From Pseudanabaena sp. (GTDB lineage: Bacteria; Cyanobacteriota; Cyanobacteriia; Pseudanabaenales; Pseudanabaenaceae): a DNA stretch of 64,000 nucleotides. The stretch spans positions 2,324 to 66,323 of the forward strand of contig JBIKYZ010000002.1 of the NCBI GenBank assembly GCA_044354985.1. The letters are read 5' to 3'. Positions 55,833 to 63,930 of this stretch are shown one piece after another (position 1 is the first letter of the stretch; every line of letters begins with the position of its first letter). The translations under genes and the position numbers were made by a program. The notes beneath the pieces were generated by a model. The model was not told where the DNA came from, searched no databases, and worked only from the letters and a program-made list of their open reading frames with translations.

Positions 55833-56688
55833 CGTCTGGATCGATACCTAAAGCTTGTAAACGCTCAGCAAGACGATTAGCACGTAGACTTTCCTGCTCA
55901 GCACGTAGACTTTCCTGCTCGGCGCGTAGACTTTCCTGCTCGGCGCGTAGACTTTCCTGCTCAGCACGTAGGCTTTCTTGCTCAGCACGTAGACTTTCTT
56001 GTTCAGCGCGTTGCTGATGTGTTTCAGCACGTCTACGCTCTTGGGCGGTGCGTTGCTGTTCTTGCCAAACCTGGATTTCTGATTGCTGTAAACGTTGGCT
56101 TAGTTCCACAGGCGACAAAAATCTCTGACCGTCGGGACGCGAGATGATTAAATCCTGTCCGATTGCCCAATCAAATCTAATTCCTAACAATGGACTAACC
56201 CAATTCAGCATTGATGGAATTTGGACGAGGCGATCGCCAACTCGCTGCCAGCCTTCTAAGATCAGGTCATCAGGATCGTAAATGTAATATTCCTGAACCC
56301 CATAGGTTTGATAAAAGTCAAACTTATCTTCAAGGGAATCTTGACCACGCCGATCTTTATTACTGGGTGACAGGATCTCAAAAACGACCTGTGGGGCAAT
56401 ATTATCCTCTAGCCATTGTTTATAAGAACCCCTACGACCTTTGGGACGACCTAGCGCTACCATTACATCAGGTGCAACTCGTTTTTGAGTACGGCGCACA
56501 GGATACCAAAGTAAATCTCCCGCTACAAATACATTTGGGTCATCGGCATACATGATCTCTAGATTTTCTTTGATGATCACAATCCAGCGATATTGTTCGG
56601 TATTGTCAGCCATAGGATTGCCATCACTGTCAGGATAATCGATCTCTGGAGCGATCGCTTCTTCAGATGTTAGAGGTTGCAGAGTCAT
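55825..56688 (-). CDS. Uma2 (DUF820) family endonuclease with a C-terminal heptad-repeat extension
   Basis: EIDYPDSDGNPMADNTEQYRWIVIIKENLE..., FEILSPSN and QEYYIYDP are Uma2 PD-(D/E)xK hallmarks. The C-terminus carries (AEQESLR)x6. Start chosen at MTLQPLTSEE (GAGGG SD); the longest ORF reaches 56784. Confidence 0.75.
   Translation of the reverse strand: MTLQPLTSEEAIAPEIDYPDSDGNPMADNTEQYRWIVIIKENLEIMYADDPNVFVAGDLLWYPVRRTQKRVAPDVMVALGRPKGRRGSYKQWLEDNIAPQVVFEILSPSNKDRRGQDSLEDKFDFYQTYGVQEYYIYDPDDLILEGWQRVGDRLVQIPSMLNWVSPLLGIRFDWAIGQDLIISRPDGQRFLSPVELSQRLQQSEIQVWQEQQRTAQERRRAETHQQRAEQESLRAEQESLRAEQESLRAEQESLRAEQESLRAEQESLRANRLAERLQALGIDPDDV
55880..56005 (-). repeat. Six tandem 21-bp repeats inside the Uma2 CDS
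   Basis: The unit GCACGTAGACTTTCCTGCTCA (plus strand) occurs six times with 0-3 substitutions per unit and encodes AEQESLR heptads. Confidence 0.9.
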
Positions 56689-56783
56689 GGATTTACCCTC
56701 ACCGAAACCTGTGCATGATTTATCCATTAAAACATAATCGCTAAACATGAAAGACGATGTTTTGTCGCCTTTCATGTTTAGCA

Positions 56784-58049
56784 TTAAGCACCCAATACCC
56801 GCTTAGCTCTGGCTAAATAGGACTGACGATCAGCTAAGCCATTTGTGCCGCCGTTGATGATACGGGTAATAGTAAGGACATCATCGCGATCGGCATGTCC
56901 ATTAAGTTTCCGAGTATCCCAAAACCAGCCTGCACTGAGACAGGCTAGATCGAAATCTCCTAAACGCTGAGGATTGTTGATCAAATCCACGCCCAAGGCT
57001 CGACCACAATCAAGATAGTTGGCTCTTCCCGTAACTTGGATCAAGCCACGCCCCTTAAACCTGACACCGTCGCCAGCCTGAGTATTACCAAGATCTCTTC
57101 TTCCTTCATAGGCTGCACCAGAGGCATATTCCTCGTTAGTGTTAAATCCATCGCTTTCATGTCCCAATTGAGCGAGGAAATGCGCTTTACGCAGAGGTGT
57201 CGTGATTGCGTAACGCTGCATTGTGTTATTCAAGTGGGGCAGCAATTTTTCAAGGCGATCACGTCGGGAATAAGGTGCGATCGCACTCAGTTGTTCTTGA
57301 GTAATCAACCCAGAAGCTTTAGTTAGATTGGTTTCAGTAGTTCGGGGGTATAAGCCCTCATATGGCTCTTGATCGAGACGACGGGGAGGCAGATTATTGA
57401 GAATCCGAATCGTGCTATCAACTAGTACATCCTTGGGGTTGAAATCATCTTTAAGTCCAGTAATCAATTGATCTAAGCGCCGCGCTGCTAATTTGCGGTG
57501 CTCAGTCAGATTTGGCGCTTGGTAAAGCCCTTCATAGGGCTTGCGTAAAATAGGGCGCAAAGTTAAGCCACTCATCACTCTGATTAAGTCATCAATTCGA
57601 CCGTCAGCACTATTATGTTTTGGGTCAGTGATCTGACCGATCGCTGCTACTAATGTCTGTGCCGCTTGTTTGCGCCATGTTGCCAAATCCGCCGCAGGGA
57701 AAAGTCCCGCATAGGGCGATCGCCCTGTTGGACGTGCGGGTAAATTTCGTAAAAAGCGAATCAAATCATCGATCGCCCCATCAAAAACGCTCCCTTCAAC
57801 ATCGGGAATCTTGGGCACGGAAGCCTGAAGAGTTAATGCCGCCCGACTGCGCCATGTTGGTAAATCTGCCGCAGGCAAAATACCTGCATAGGGCTGTCGA
57901 GTCTCTGTACGTGCGGGTAAGTTATTTAACACGCGCACGAGATCGTCCACCAGTCCATCTTTTTCATTGATCGTACTGCCGACAATTTTGGGAACCAGAA
58001 ATCCAAGGGTTGCGGCTGCTTGCGATCGCCAAATCTCAACTTGTTTCAT
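56784..58049 (-). CDS. Glycoside hydrolase family 19 (chitinase/lysozyme-like) with four ~59-aa N-terminal repeats
   Basis: C-terminal AHFLAQLGHESDGFNTNEEYASGAAYEGRRDLGNTQAGDGVRFKGRGLIQVTGRANY is the GH19 catalytic signature. The N-terminus has four repeats of WR..AA.TL...(D)G.(I/V)DDLIR.L..LP.R....PY.GL. Confidence 0.8.
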   Translation of the reverse strand: MKQVEIWRSQAAATLGFLVPKIVGSTINEKDGLVDDLVRVLNNLPARTETRQPYAGILPAADLPTWRSRAALTLQASVPKIPDVEGSVFDGAIDDLIRFLRNLPARPTGRSPYAGLFPAADLATWRKQAAQTLVAAIGQITDPKHNSADGRIDDLIRVMSGLTLRPILRKPYEGLYQAPNLTEHRKLAARRLDQLITGLKDDFNPKDVLVDSTIRILNNLPPRRLDQEPYEGLYPRTTETNLTKASGLITQEQLSAIAPYSRRDRLEKLLPHLNNTMQRYAITTPLRKAHFLAQLGHESDGFNTNEEYASGAAYEGRRDLGNTQAGDGVRFKGRGLIQVTGRANYLDCGRALGVDLINNPQRLGDFDLACLSAGWFWDTRKLNGHADRDDVLTITRIINGGTNGLADRQSYLARAKRVLGA

Positions 58050-58082
58050 TGCCTTGATCGGGTAATTTCCTGCGTAACACCA

Positions 58083-59015
58083 TCATCTTATGAAACGCCC
58101 AAAAATCAATTTTACAAAGAAAGGATAGCGGAAAAAGATTTTGCCTAATCCACTGACAATCCATTCGCGTAAACTAATTATTGCCACAGGCAAATATGGC
58201 TCCACCAAGGACTCAAGGGTAACGATGAAGCTATTTGCCCTTGCTTCGATAGGTATGGAAACCCTGATCGTAATCCAACAAAAAATTAAAATGATAACTA
58301 CCGCGATCGCCACCAGTTGAAAAACTTTACTTTCTAGAAGACCGAGTAAATTTGTGAAAAATTTCTGGCTGGATTTTGGTAGCGATGGCAAGGTCAGATT
58401 GAGTTTGGAATAAATCCACCAAATCATTAAGACCACAATCGGAGCAGCGCTCGCCATCGCCCAACATTGATTAGATAAATAAGCAGTTAAATCGGCTGAG
58501 AAACTAAATCTTTTCCCCAGATTTTGCAACGGATCACACCATGTAATTGTCGTTGTAAAAGATACAGCGGCGATCGCAAAAGGACGTAATTTTTCTTCAA
58601 CATAATCAGCGATCGCCGTTAAAAATTGCCGTGAAATTTGACTAACCAGAAAACTATATGCCCTTAAAATGCGATCGGCATGAGGATGTTTCAAGATATC
58701 TTGACAGACTTTTTGATTCAGATCGCCATCGATATTTATCAATGTTCTTAATATTAACTTCTGCTCAGCTTCAGGCAAACTAACAGTATTGTCAGAGTAA
58801 AAAGTCCAAATTACAATTGCCCCTTGACGTTGGGCAGCTATGCCTACACTAGAAGCCAATACTTGCAATAATTCCTGACTATTAACCCGATAAATAATCT
58901 CATTCTTATCCGCTAAACCATGCGTATCTAGCTCTATCTGGGCAAGAACACTTGGGTTAAGCCACAGCTTAATTTCATCATCAACAATAGCCAACCAATT
59001 GGGCATAGCCACCAT
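58083..59015 (-). CDS. Hypothetical multi-TM membrane protein
   Basis: 310 aa. Soluble N-terminal ~150 aa, then 3-4 hydrophobic segments (WAMASAAPIVVLMIWWIY, VFQLVAIAVVIILIFCWITI, ...). 33 nt upstream of the GH19 gene. Confidence 0.5.
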   Translation of the reverse strand: MVAMPNWLAIVDDEIKLWLNPSVLAQIELDTHGLADKNEIIYRVNSQELLQVLASSVGIAAQRQGAIVIWTFYSDNTVSLPEAEQKLILRTLINIDGDLNQKVCQDILKHPHADRILRAYSFLVSQISRQFLTAIADYVEEKLRPFAIAAVSFTTTITWCDPLQNLGKRFSFSADLTAYLSNQCWAMASAAPIVVLMIWWIYSKLNLTLPSLPKSSQKFFTNLLGLLESKVFQLVAIAVVIILIFCWITIRVSIPIEARANSFIVTLESLVEPYLPVAIISLREWIVSGLGKIFFRYPFFVKLIFGRFIR

Positions 59016-59149
59016 AATAAATTATCCAAGCTTGGAAAGTTGCTTCCCTGCGGTACGCAACCTTACAAATTTGGGTTTGTAATTAATTAAGTCCATCTGC
59101 ATCCGCCTTATGTTTCATTACAGAACATGCCAAGCATATTCTCTAAAAA

Positions 59150-60016
59150 TTATTTGGATCGGAATGGCATCAAGTCTTTGACTAGATTTACACAAGTCGT
59201 AATCAATCCCGTCCATTGCTTCTCAGCATTATCAACCGCTTGATGATGCAATTCAAAAATTAGCTTTGCAATACTCGGATCAATTTTGCTTCTATTTGGA
59301 GTAAACAAATCATCCAGAAATCGATTTGTCAAATCACCATCAAGTTGGAACTTAGTCTGAGCATAGATACGTTCACCATTCAAAGTAGACTGCTCAAACT
59401 CCCATAACTTACGAAGATATCGAATTGTTGGAGCGTCAGGAACTAGCTCGCCATCAGCATCTTTAGGTAGATCTACTTGGAGAACTTTTTTGGCAAGCTC
59501 CCCATAACAAACTTGTTCGACCTCAAATTGCTCTTTTTGCCTAGGATCGCTTAAATTTTGGCGATTACTGAATATGCGTTCAGCACGCTTATAAATTTCT
59601 AGATCTCGATTGTATCGATCAAGCTCAGTCTGAGTAGCTGCCGAACCTTTTTTTTGTAGCTCTTTACTACGATCAAGGAGCACTCTTTTGATGTCTTGTA
59701 AGCCCTCGTCAGTCTTATACATAACATTTTCGAGCAGATCAGCATAGAACTGTTTTGCATCAAATCTGGCGATCGGAATATGGCTAACGATCATCGTATT
59801 TACTTCTAGTGTCGTAATTTCTTCTAAAACATCTTTGATGGTTTCTCGAAATTTACGAAGAGTAGTACTTTCTCCAGCACCATCTTTGGTTGGTGCTGTT
59901 TTAGAAGCCGCAGGTGCTAATTCCGAAGATTTATTTACAGGCTTGCTACCAACAGCTTTAACCTGATTAGCATCATCTGCGGCATTACTTTTATTGTTTG
60001 TAGCCCGATCTCGCAT
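59150..60016 (-). CDS. Hypothetical protein, long paralogue of the 146-aa protein
   Basis: Disordered Lys/Ala/Ser-rich N-terminus. Shared blocks with the neighbour: F..(T/A)I..(V/I)...(I/L)..LE(V/I).T..V; T(K)(F/I).L.DGD(L/I).N; H..(A/Q)V(D/E).(A/G). Confidence 0.5.
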   Translation of the reverse strand: MRDRATNNKSNAADDANQVKAVGSKPVNKSSELAPAASKTAPTKDGAGESTTLRKFRETIKDVLEEITTLEVNTMIVSHIPIARFDAKQFYADLLENVMYKTDEGLQDIKRVLLDRSKELQKKGSAATQTELDRYNRDLEIYKRAERIFSNRQNLSDPRQKEQFEVEQVCYGELAKKVLQVDLPKDADGELVPDAPTIRYLRKLWEFEQSTLNGERIYAQTKFQLDGDLTNRFLDDLFTPNRSKIDPSIAKLIFELHHQAVDNAEKQWTGLITTCVNLVKDLMPFRSK

Positions 60017-60055
60017 ACAGATTCCTCAGTGACAGGTCGCATAAACCAGAAGCAA

Positions 60056-60496
60056 CTAGACCCGACTGAAGATGCGATCGCTACTAAAGCTAGCCGTATC
60101 TTCTTCAGGCTCTGATTCATTTTCACCATTTAACAGCCCTGTCACCTTTTGCCCAATATCGACAAGAGTCTTAAGATTATTGGCGATCGTCTCTGAACCC
60201 TTCTCAACTTGAATCTCATGAAAGCCGCGCAGTTCTGCATAGGGAGAGCCTTGCAAAAAGTCAGCTCCTAGCTCATTTTCGATATCACCATCAATCAGAT
60301 TAATCTTTGTCTTTAAGCGATTACCTGCCCTATGGGTCGTATCTCCTTCATGGGCAACCCAAGTCACAATTTCTAACTGCACAAGGTCAGAAAATATTTC
60401 AATCAAAGCATCACCAAAGTTTTTGGTTTCTTTGAGTTTGCTTTGAAAACGCACGGATGCAGTTACGGATACCGACGAGGAACTTGAGTACGTCAT
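60056..60496 (-). CDS. Hypothetical protein, short paralogue of the 288-aa protein
   Basis: 146 aa with a Ser-rich N-terminus. LVQLEIVTWVAHEGD...KTKINLIDGDIENELG...FHEIQVEKG. 39 nt upstream of its paralogue. Confidence 0.5.
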   Translation of the reverse strand: MTYSSSSSVSVTASVRFQSKLKETKNFGDALIEIFSDLVQLEIVTWVAHEGDTTHRAGNRLKTKINLIDGDIENELGADFLQGSPYAELRGFHEIQVEKGSETIANNLKTLVDIGQKVTGLLNGENESEPEEDTASFSSDRIFSRV

Positions 60497-60590
60497 AGAT
60501 GATACCTAATTATAAAAATCCTGATGAATTTTGATCAAGACAGATAACTGACTATTATTTTAAGCACTTAAACATAGACTTTTTCACAAT

Positions 60591-60639
60591 AAAATCTTTT
60601 GCTAAAATCTTTTATAAGTAAGTTTTCTATAAATCTTTT
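60591..60639 (-). promoter_or_regulatory. Three direct copies of (A)AAATCTTTT upstream of the 146-aa gene
   Basis: AAAATCTTTT at 60591-60600 and 60604-60613, and AAATCTTTT at 60631-60639. They lie 95-143 nt upstream of the start codon at 60496. Confidence 0.3.
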
Positions 60640-60697
60640 GTAAATTAGTTTTGACAAAAGTAATTTAAGTGATTTCACTAAACATCACTAAACAATT

Positions 60698-60961
60698 TTA
60701 ATGATAGTCAGATAGCTCAATTAATTCCATTGGCACAAAGCTTTCTTGTGGCAGCAAAATCAGTTGAGAGTAAATAAGTTTGCCAGTCATATCTATGCGA
60801 TTGATGGCTATTCCCATAGGTCGCGGTAGTTGCGCGGCATAGGAGTCAGCATAGTAGCGATAAATCTGCTTAGCAGCTCTGATAATCATCGGATCGACTT
60901 TTTTGATTACAGGTTCTGGCTGTCTCTCAATTTGTTCAAGGCGCTGGGCGGCATATGACAC
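60698..60961 (-). CDS. Hypothetical small protein
   Basis: 87-aa ORF. No family recognised. Confidence 0.35.
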   Translation of the reverse strand: MSYAAQRLEQIERQPEPVIKKVDPMIIRAAKQIYRYYADSYAAQLPRPMGIAINRIDMTGKLIYSQLILLPQESFVPMELIELSDYH

Positions 60962-61115
60962 AATGTAAACCCCTTAAATTTGACTATTATTTGCCTTATA
61001 AAAAGCTGCATCAGGACTTTAGCTGACTTTGTTTTTTTTAGCAAGATTTGAGCTAAGGATTATACATGAGTTGATATTTTTTGGGTTGCTATACAAGCAA
61101 AAATTAGCAAAAGAT

Positions 61116-61508
61116 TTAATTACCTTCGGCACTGGCTAGTTTAAGTCGAAACAGTTTACTGTAGAAGATTTGGGGGAAATCAACATAACCCTTGTCGCGA
61201 ATATTGGAGACAACTTCAATTAAATAGCCAACAAATTCTGAATTTTCTAATGTCATTTCATAGCTCATGTCAGCATCACCCTCGAAGGTCAAGCGACACA
61301 AAGCCAGATCGGACGGCAAGTTAGCCACGCGCCATACAGCCATAAAAGAAATAGGCGAGCTTCCTTCTACATGACGCTCGCCTGTAATTTCACCTTGTTT
61401 ATATAGGGAAATCGCATAGGGGAGAGCTTGACGCTTGTTTGGCTCTCGATAGTAGGGCATGTAGATTGAAACTTCTTGCGGTGGAGCAGCTTTAAGTTCG
61501 ATCGCCAT
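61116..61508 (-). CDS. Hypothetical protein
   Basis: 130-aa ORF. No family recognised. First gene after a triple-hairpin terminator array. Confidence 0.4.
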   Translation of the reverse strand: MAIELKAAPPQEVSIYMPYYREPNKRQALPYAISLYKQGEITGERHVEGSSPISFMAVWRVANLPSDLALCRLTFEGDADMSYEMTLENSEFVGYLIEVVSNIRDKGYVDFPQIFYSKLFRLKLASAEGN

Positions 61509-61607
61509 AGATGTTAGCGCCTTTATTAATATATGTTGCTGTGAATTTTTACAAAAAAGATTAGCAGGTTTTTGCCTTATTACAGCAATTAACGATCAAA
61601 CGAACCA

Positions 61608-61763
61608 CTAGAAAAATTTTGAAAGTGTTGCTTTGCAACACTTTCAAAATTTTTCTAGGTTTGGGGTTGGGGTTTAATTCACAGAAGTGTGGCAATACTT
61701 TTGTGAATTGGTAATGACTGATATTTATTAGTAGGGTGGGCATTGCCCACCCTACTAATAAAT
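61608..61763 (-). terminator. Array of three consecutive long hairpins after the ABC binding-protein gene
   Basis: Hairpins at 61723-61763 (ATTTATTAGTAGGGTGGGC-ATT-GCCCACCCTACTAATAAAT), 61676-61709 (the AATTCACA...TGTGAATT type, also at 24841-24874) and 61608-61658. Confidence 0.6.
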
Positions 61764-63082
61764 TAAGGGGAAACGCGATCAATTACAGTGATTTTGCCGT
61801 CGGGTTGGACTTCCCAAACGTCATAGCTACCTTTGACATCGCCATATTCATCTAGATCAACATTGCCGCTAGCACCTTGATAGTCAATGTCTGTACCAGC
61901 TTTGACCAGCTTGATCGCTTCGCAAACATCGCTGACTTCTTTGCCAGGGGCATTTGCAACTTCACGAATTTTACTCTTGATACCGTCGCCAGTGCCATCT
62001 TTTGCCGCTTCAGCAGCGATCGCAACTAAAGCCGCTGCGTCGTAGGAATGGGGAACAAAAGCGCCCAAATCTTGACCAGTTTTTTCTTTATAGATCTTGG
62101 TGAATTCGGCAAGAGACTTACCATCAGCTCCAGGCACAGTACCGATCGCACCTGCTAAAATCAATTTACCTTCAGGGGTACTACCAATTAACTTAGGAAA
62201 GTCCTCGGTTTTTACACCATCGGTGAGCAAAATCTTCACATCTTTGGTTAAGCCCTGTTCAAAAGCTGCCTTAATTACCGCACCGCCAGAATCGGGATAG
62301 AGAATTGCAGCAACTGCATCAGGTTTACTACCAAATGCGCCTTTAGCCTCAGCTTCAAAAGTGGTTGCCTTAGGATCGTAGCGAGTCGGGTTGCCTTTGT
62401 TGACAATTGTGCCACCAAGTTTTTCAAAAGCATCAACAAAGGCTTTCTCAAAACCCACGCCATAGTCATTATTAATTACGAGGGTCGCAACTTTTCGCGC
62501 TCCTTTTTTATAAGCAAGGTTTGCCAAAGCTAAAGCTTGGTATGTATCGGGTGGGGCAGTACGATACCAGTAACCATTAAATTCACCTTTTTTAGCACGT
62601 TCAGTAAAGACTGGGCTAGTGCTACCTGGAGAGATCATTACGACTTTATTTGGCACAGCGATCGCAAGGGCAGCTGTAGAAACACTACTGGCAAATGAAC
62701 CAACAACAGCACCAACATTGTCAACTTTGACGAGTTTAGTCATCGCCTCAGCCCCTGCTGGTGGATCGGTGCGATCGTCTTCTTTGAGGTAAGTGATTGG
62801 CTTCCCAAGCACACCACCGCATTTGTTGACTGTTTCCACAAGAAAATCAATCGATTTGATCATTGGCGCACCAATCGAGGATAGATCGCCTGTGATCGGA
62901 AGCAATGCACCTAAACGTAAGGTGTCTTTAACGCCACCACTACCTGAGCTTGTTGCAGGTGAAGTTGTAGATGGGGTTTTAGAGTCAGTAACTGTAGTGC
63001 TTGGCTGACAAGCCACAATCCAAATTGTGGTCACTGTTGCCAGCAGTGCTAGACAGAGTGTGGAGAAAAACCTTTTAGTCAT
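61763..63082 (-). CDS. ABC transporter substrate-binding lipoprotein (branched-chain amino acid / Leu-Ile-Val-binding family)
   Basis: Lipobox (TIWIVAC), a Ser/Thr-rich linker and a type I periplasmic-binding fold (LRLGALLPITGDLSSIGAP, VGAVVGSFASSVS). Confidence 0.8.
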   Translation of the reverse strand: MTKRFFSTLCLALLATVTTIWIVACQPSTTVTDSKTPSTTSPATSSGSGGVKDTLRLGALLPITGDLSSIGAPMIKSIDFLVETVNKCGGVLGKPITYLKEDDRTDPPAGAEAMTKLVKVDNVGAVVGSFASSVSTAALAIAVPNKVVMISPGSTSPVFTERAKKGEFNGYWYRTAPPDTYQALALANLAYKKGARKVATLVINNDYGVGFEKAFVDAFEKLGGTIVNKGNPTRYDPKATTFEAEAKGAFGSKPDAVAAILYPDSGGAVIKAAFEQGLTKDVKILLTDGVKTEDFPKLIGSTPEGKLILAGAIGTVPGADGKSLAEFTKIYKEKTGQDLGAFVPHSYDAAALVAIAAEAAKDGTGDGIKSKIREVANAPGKEVSDVCEAIKLVKAGTDIDYQGASGNVDLDEYGDVKGSYDVWEVQPDGKITVIDRVSP

Positions 63083-63153
63083 GGTTACGATGGACTACGA
63101 TCATATTTACGAAGTTGCTGTAATTGTATCTGCAAAAGTATCTGCAAAGTCTC

Positions 63154-63873
63154 ATGACATCTACCATTGATCCACGCCGCCAAAGAGAACTAGTCCGCTT
63201 GTTGGAGCGGATGGGGCTAGAGCAATCAACCCTAGAACGAGTTAATTCCGCTGGATTTGATTGGTTATTAATCGATCAAGCTTTGGTACATCCCAGTTTC
63301 TCAAATGATTACAACAATGATCAATTAGAGTTTGTAGGCGATAGCGTGCTGCGCTTGTCTGTGAGTTTGTTTTTAAAAGAGCGTTATGGCGATCGCAAAG
63401 TGGGGGACTTAGCCGCTCTGCGATCGCATCTTGTCAGTGACAAAACCCTAGCCGAAATAGCGAGTATTTATGAGTTGCAAAAATATGTTGTGGTCTCAAA
63501 TGCAGCGCGGAATGATCCTCAGGCTTTGCGATCGCTGCTGGCGGATGCCCTTGAAGCCTTAATGGCAGCGCTATATATTGCGACTTGCGACTTAGCCTAT
63601 ATTCGCAAATGGCTCGATCCGCATATGCAGCATTTTGCAGAATCATTATTGGCGATTCCGGCACTGGGAAATTACAAAGTTGCCTTGCAAGAATTAACTC
63701 AAGGTCGCTGGAAACGTTTACCTGAATACCGCAATGTTGATGGAGTTAACAATATTTTTTGTGTAGAAGTATGGTTTGACGATCGCTGCTGGGGCAAAGG
63801 TCAAGGCAAAAGTATTAAAGCGGCACAACAAGAAGCCGCTGCGATCGCCCTACAAAAGATGTCTCAGTTATAA
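63154..63873 (+). CDS. rnc: Ribonuclease III
   Basis: RNase III signature NDQLEFVGDSVLRL, ALEALMAALY and a C-terminal dsRBD (KGQGKSIKAAQQEAAAIALQ). The ATG at 63154 is preferred over the longest ORF start at 63124. Confidence 0.88.
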   Translation: MTSTIDPRRQRELVRLLERMGLEQSTLERVNSAGFDWLLIDQALVHPSFSNDYNNDQLEFVGDSVLRLSVSLFLKERYGDRKVGDLAALRSHLVSDKTLAEIASIYELQKYVVVSNAARNDPQALRSLLADALEALMAALYIATCDLAYIRKWLDPHMQHFAESLLAIPALGNYKVALQELTQGRWKRLPEYRNVDGVNNIFCVEVWFDDRCWGKGQGKSIKAAQQEAAAIALQKMSQL

Positions 63874-63879
63874 ATTACA

Positions 63880-63930
63880 AACCCAAATCCTTAAGGTTGC
63901 CCCTGAGGGGCAACCTTAAGGGTTTGGGTT
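63880..63930 (+). terminator. rnc terminator hairpin
   Basis: AACCCAAATCCTTAAGGTTGCCCC-TGA-GGGGCAACCTTAAGGGTTTGGGTT. Confidence 0.65.

Noticed and set aside
55880-56005. CRISPR-like appearance of the regularly spaced 21-bp repeats
   Set aside because: The units are contiguous with no spacers and lie in frame inside the Uma2 CDS. I found no CRISPR array anywhere in the window.
55251-61508. Cryptic prophage as an explanation for the GH19 / membrane-protein neighbourhood
   Set aside because: No terminase, portal, capsid, tail, integrase or repressor genes, and no att-like flanking repeats are visible. The region has normal HIP1 density.
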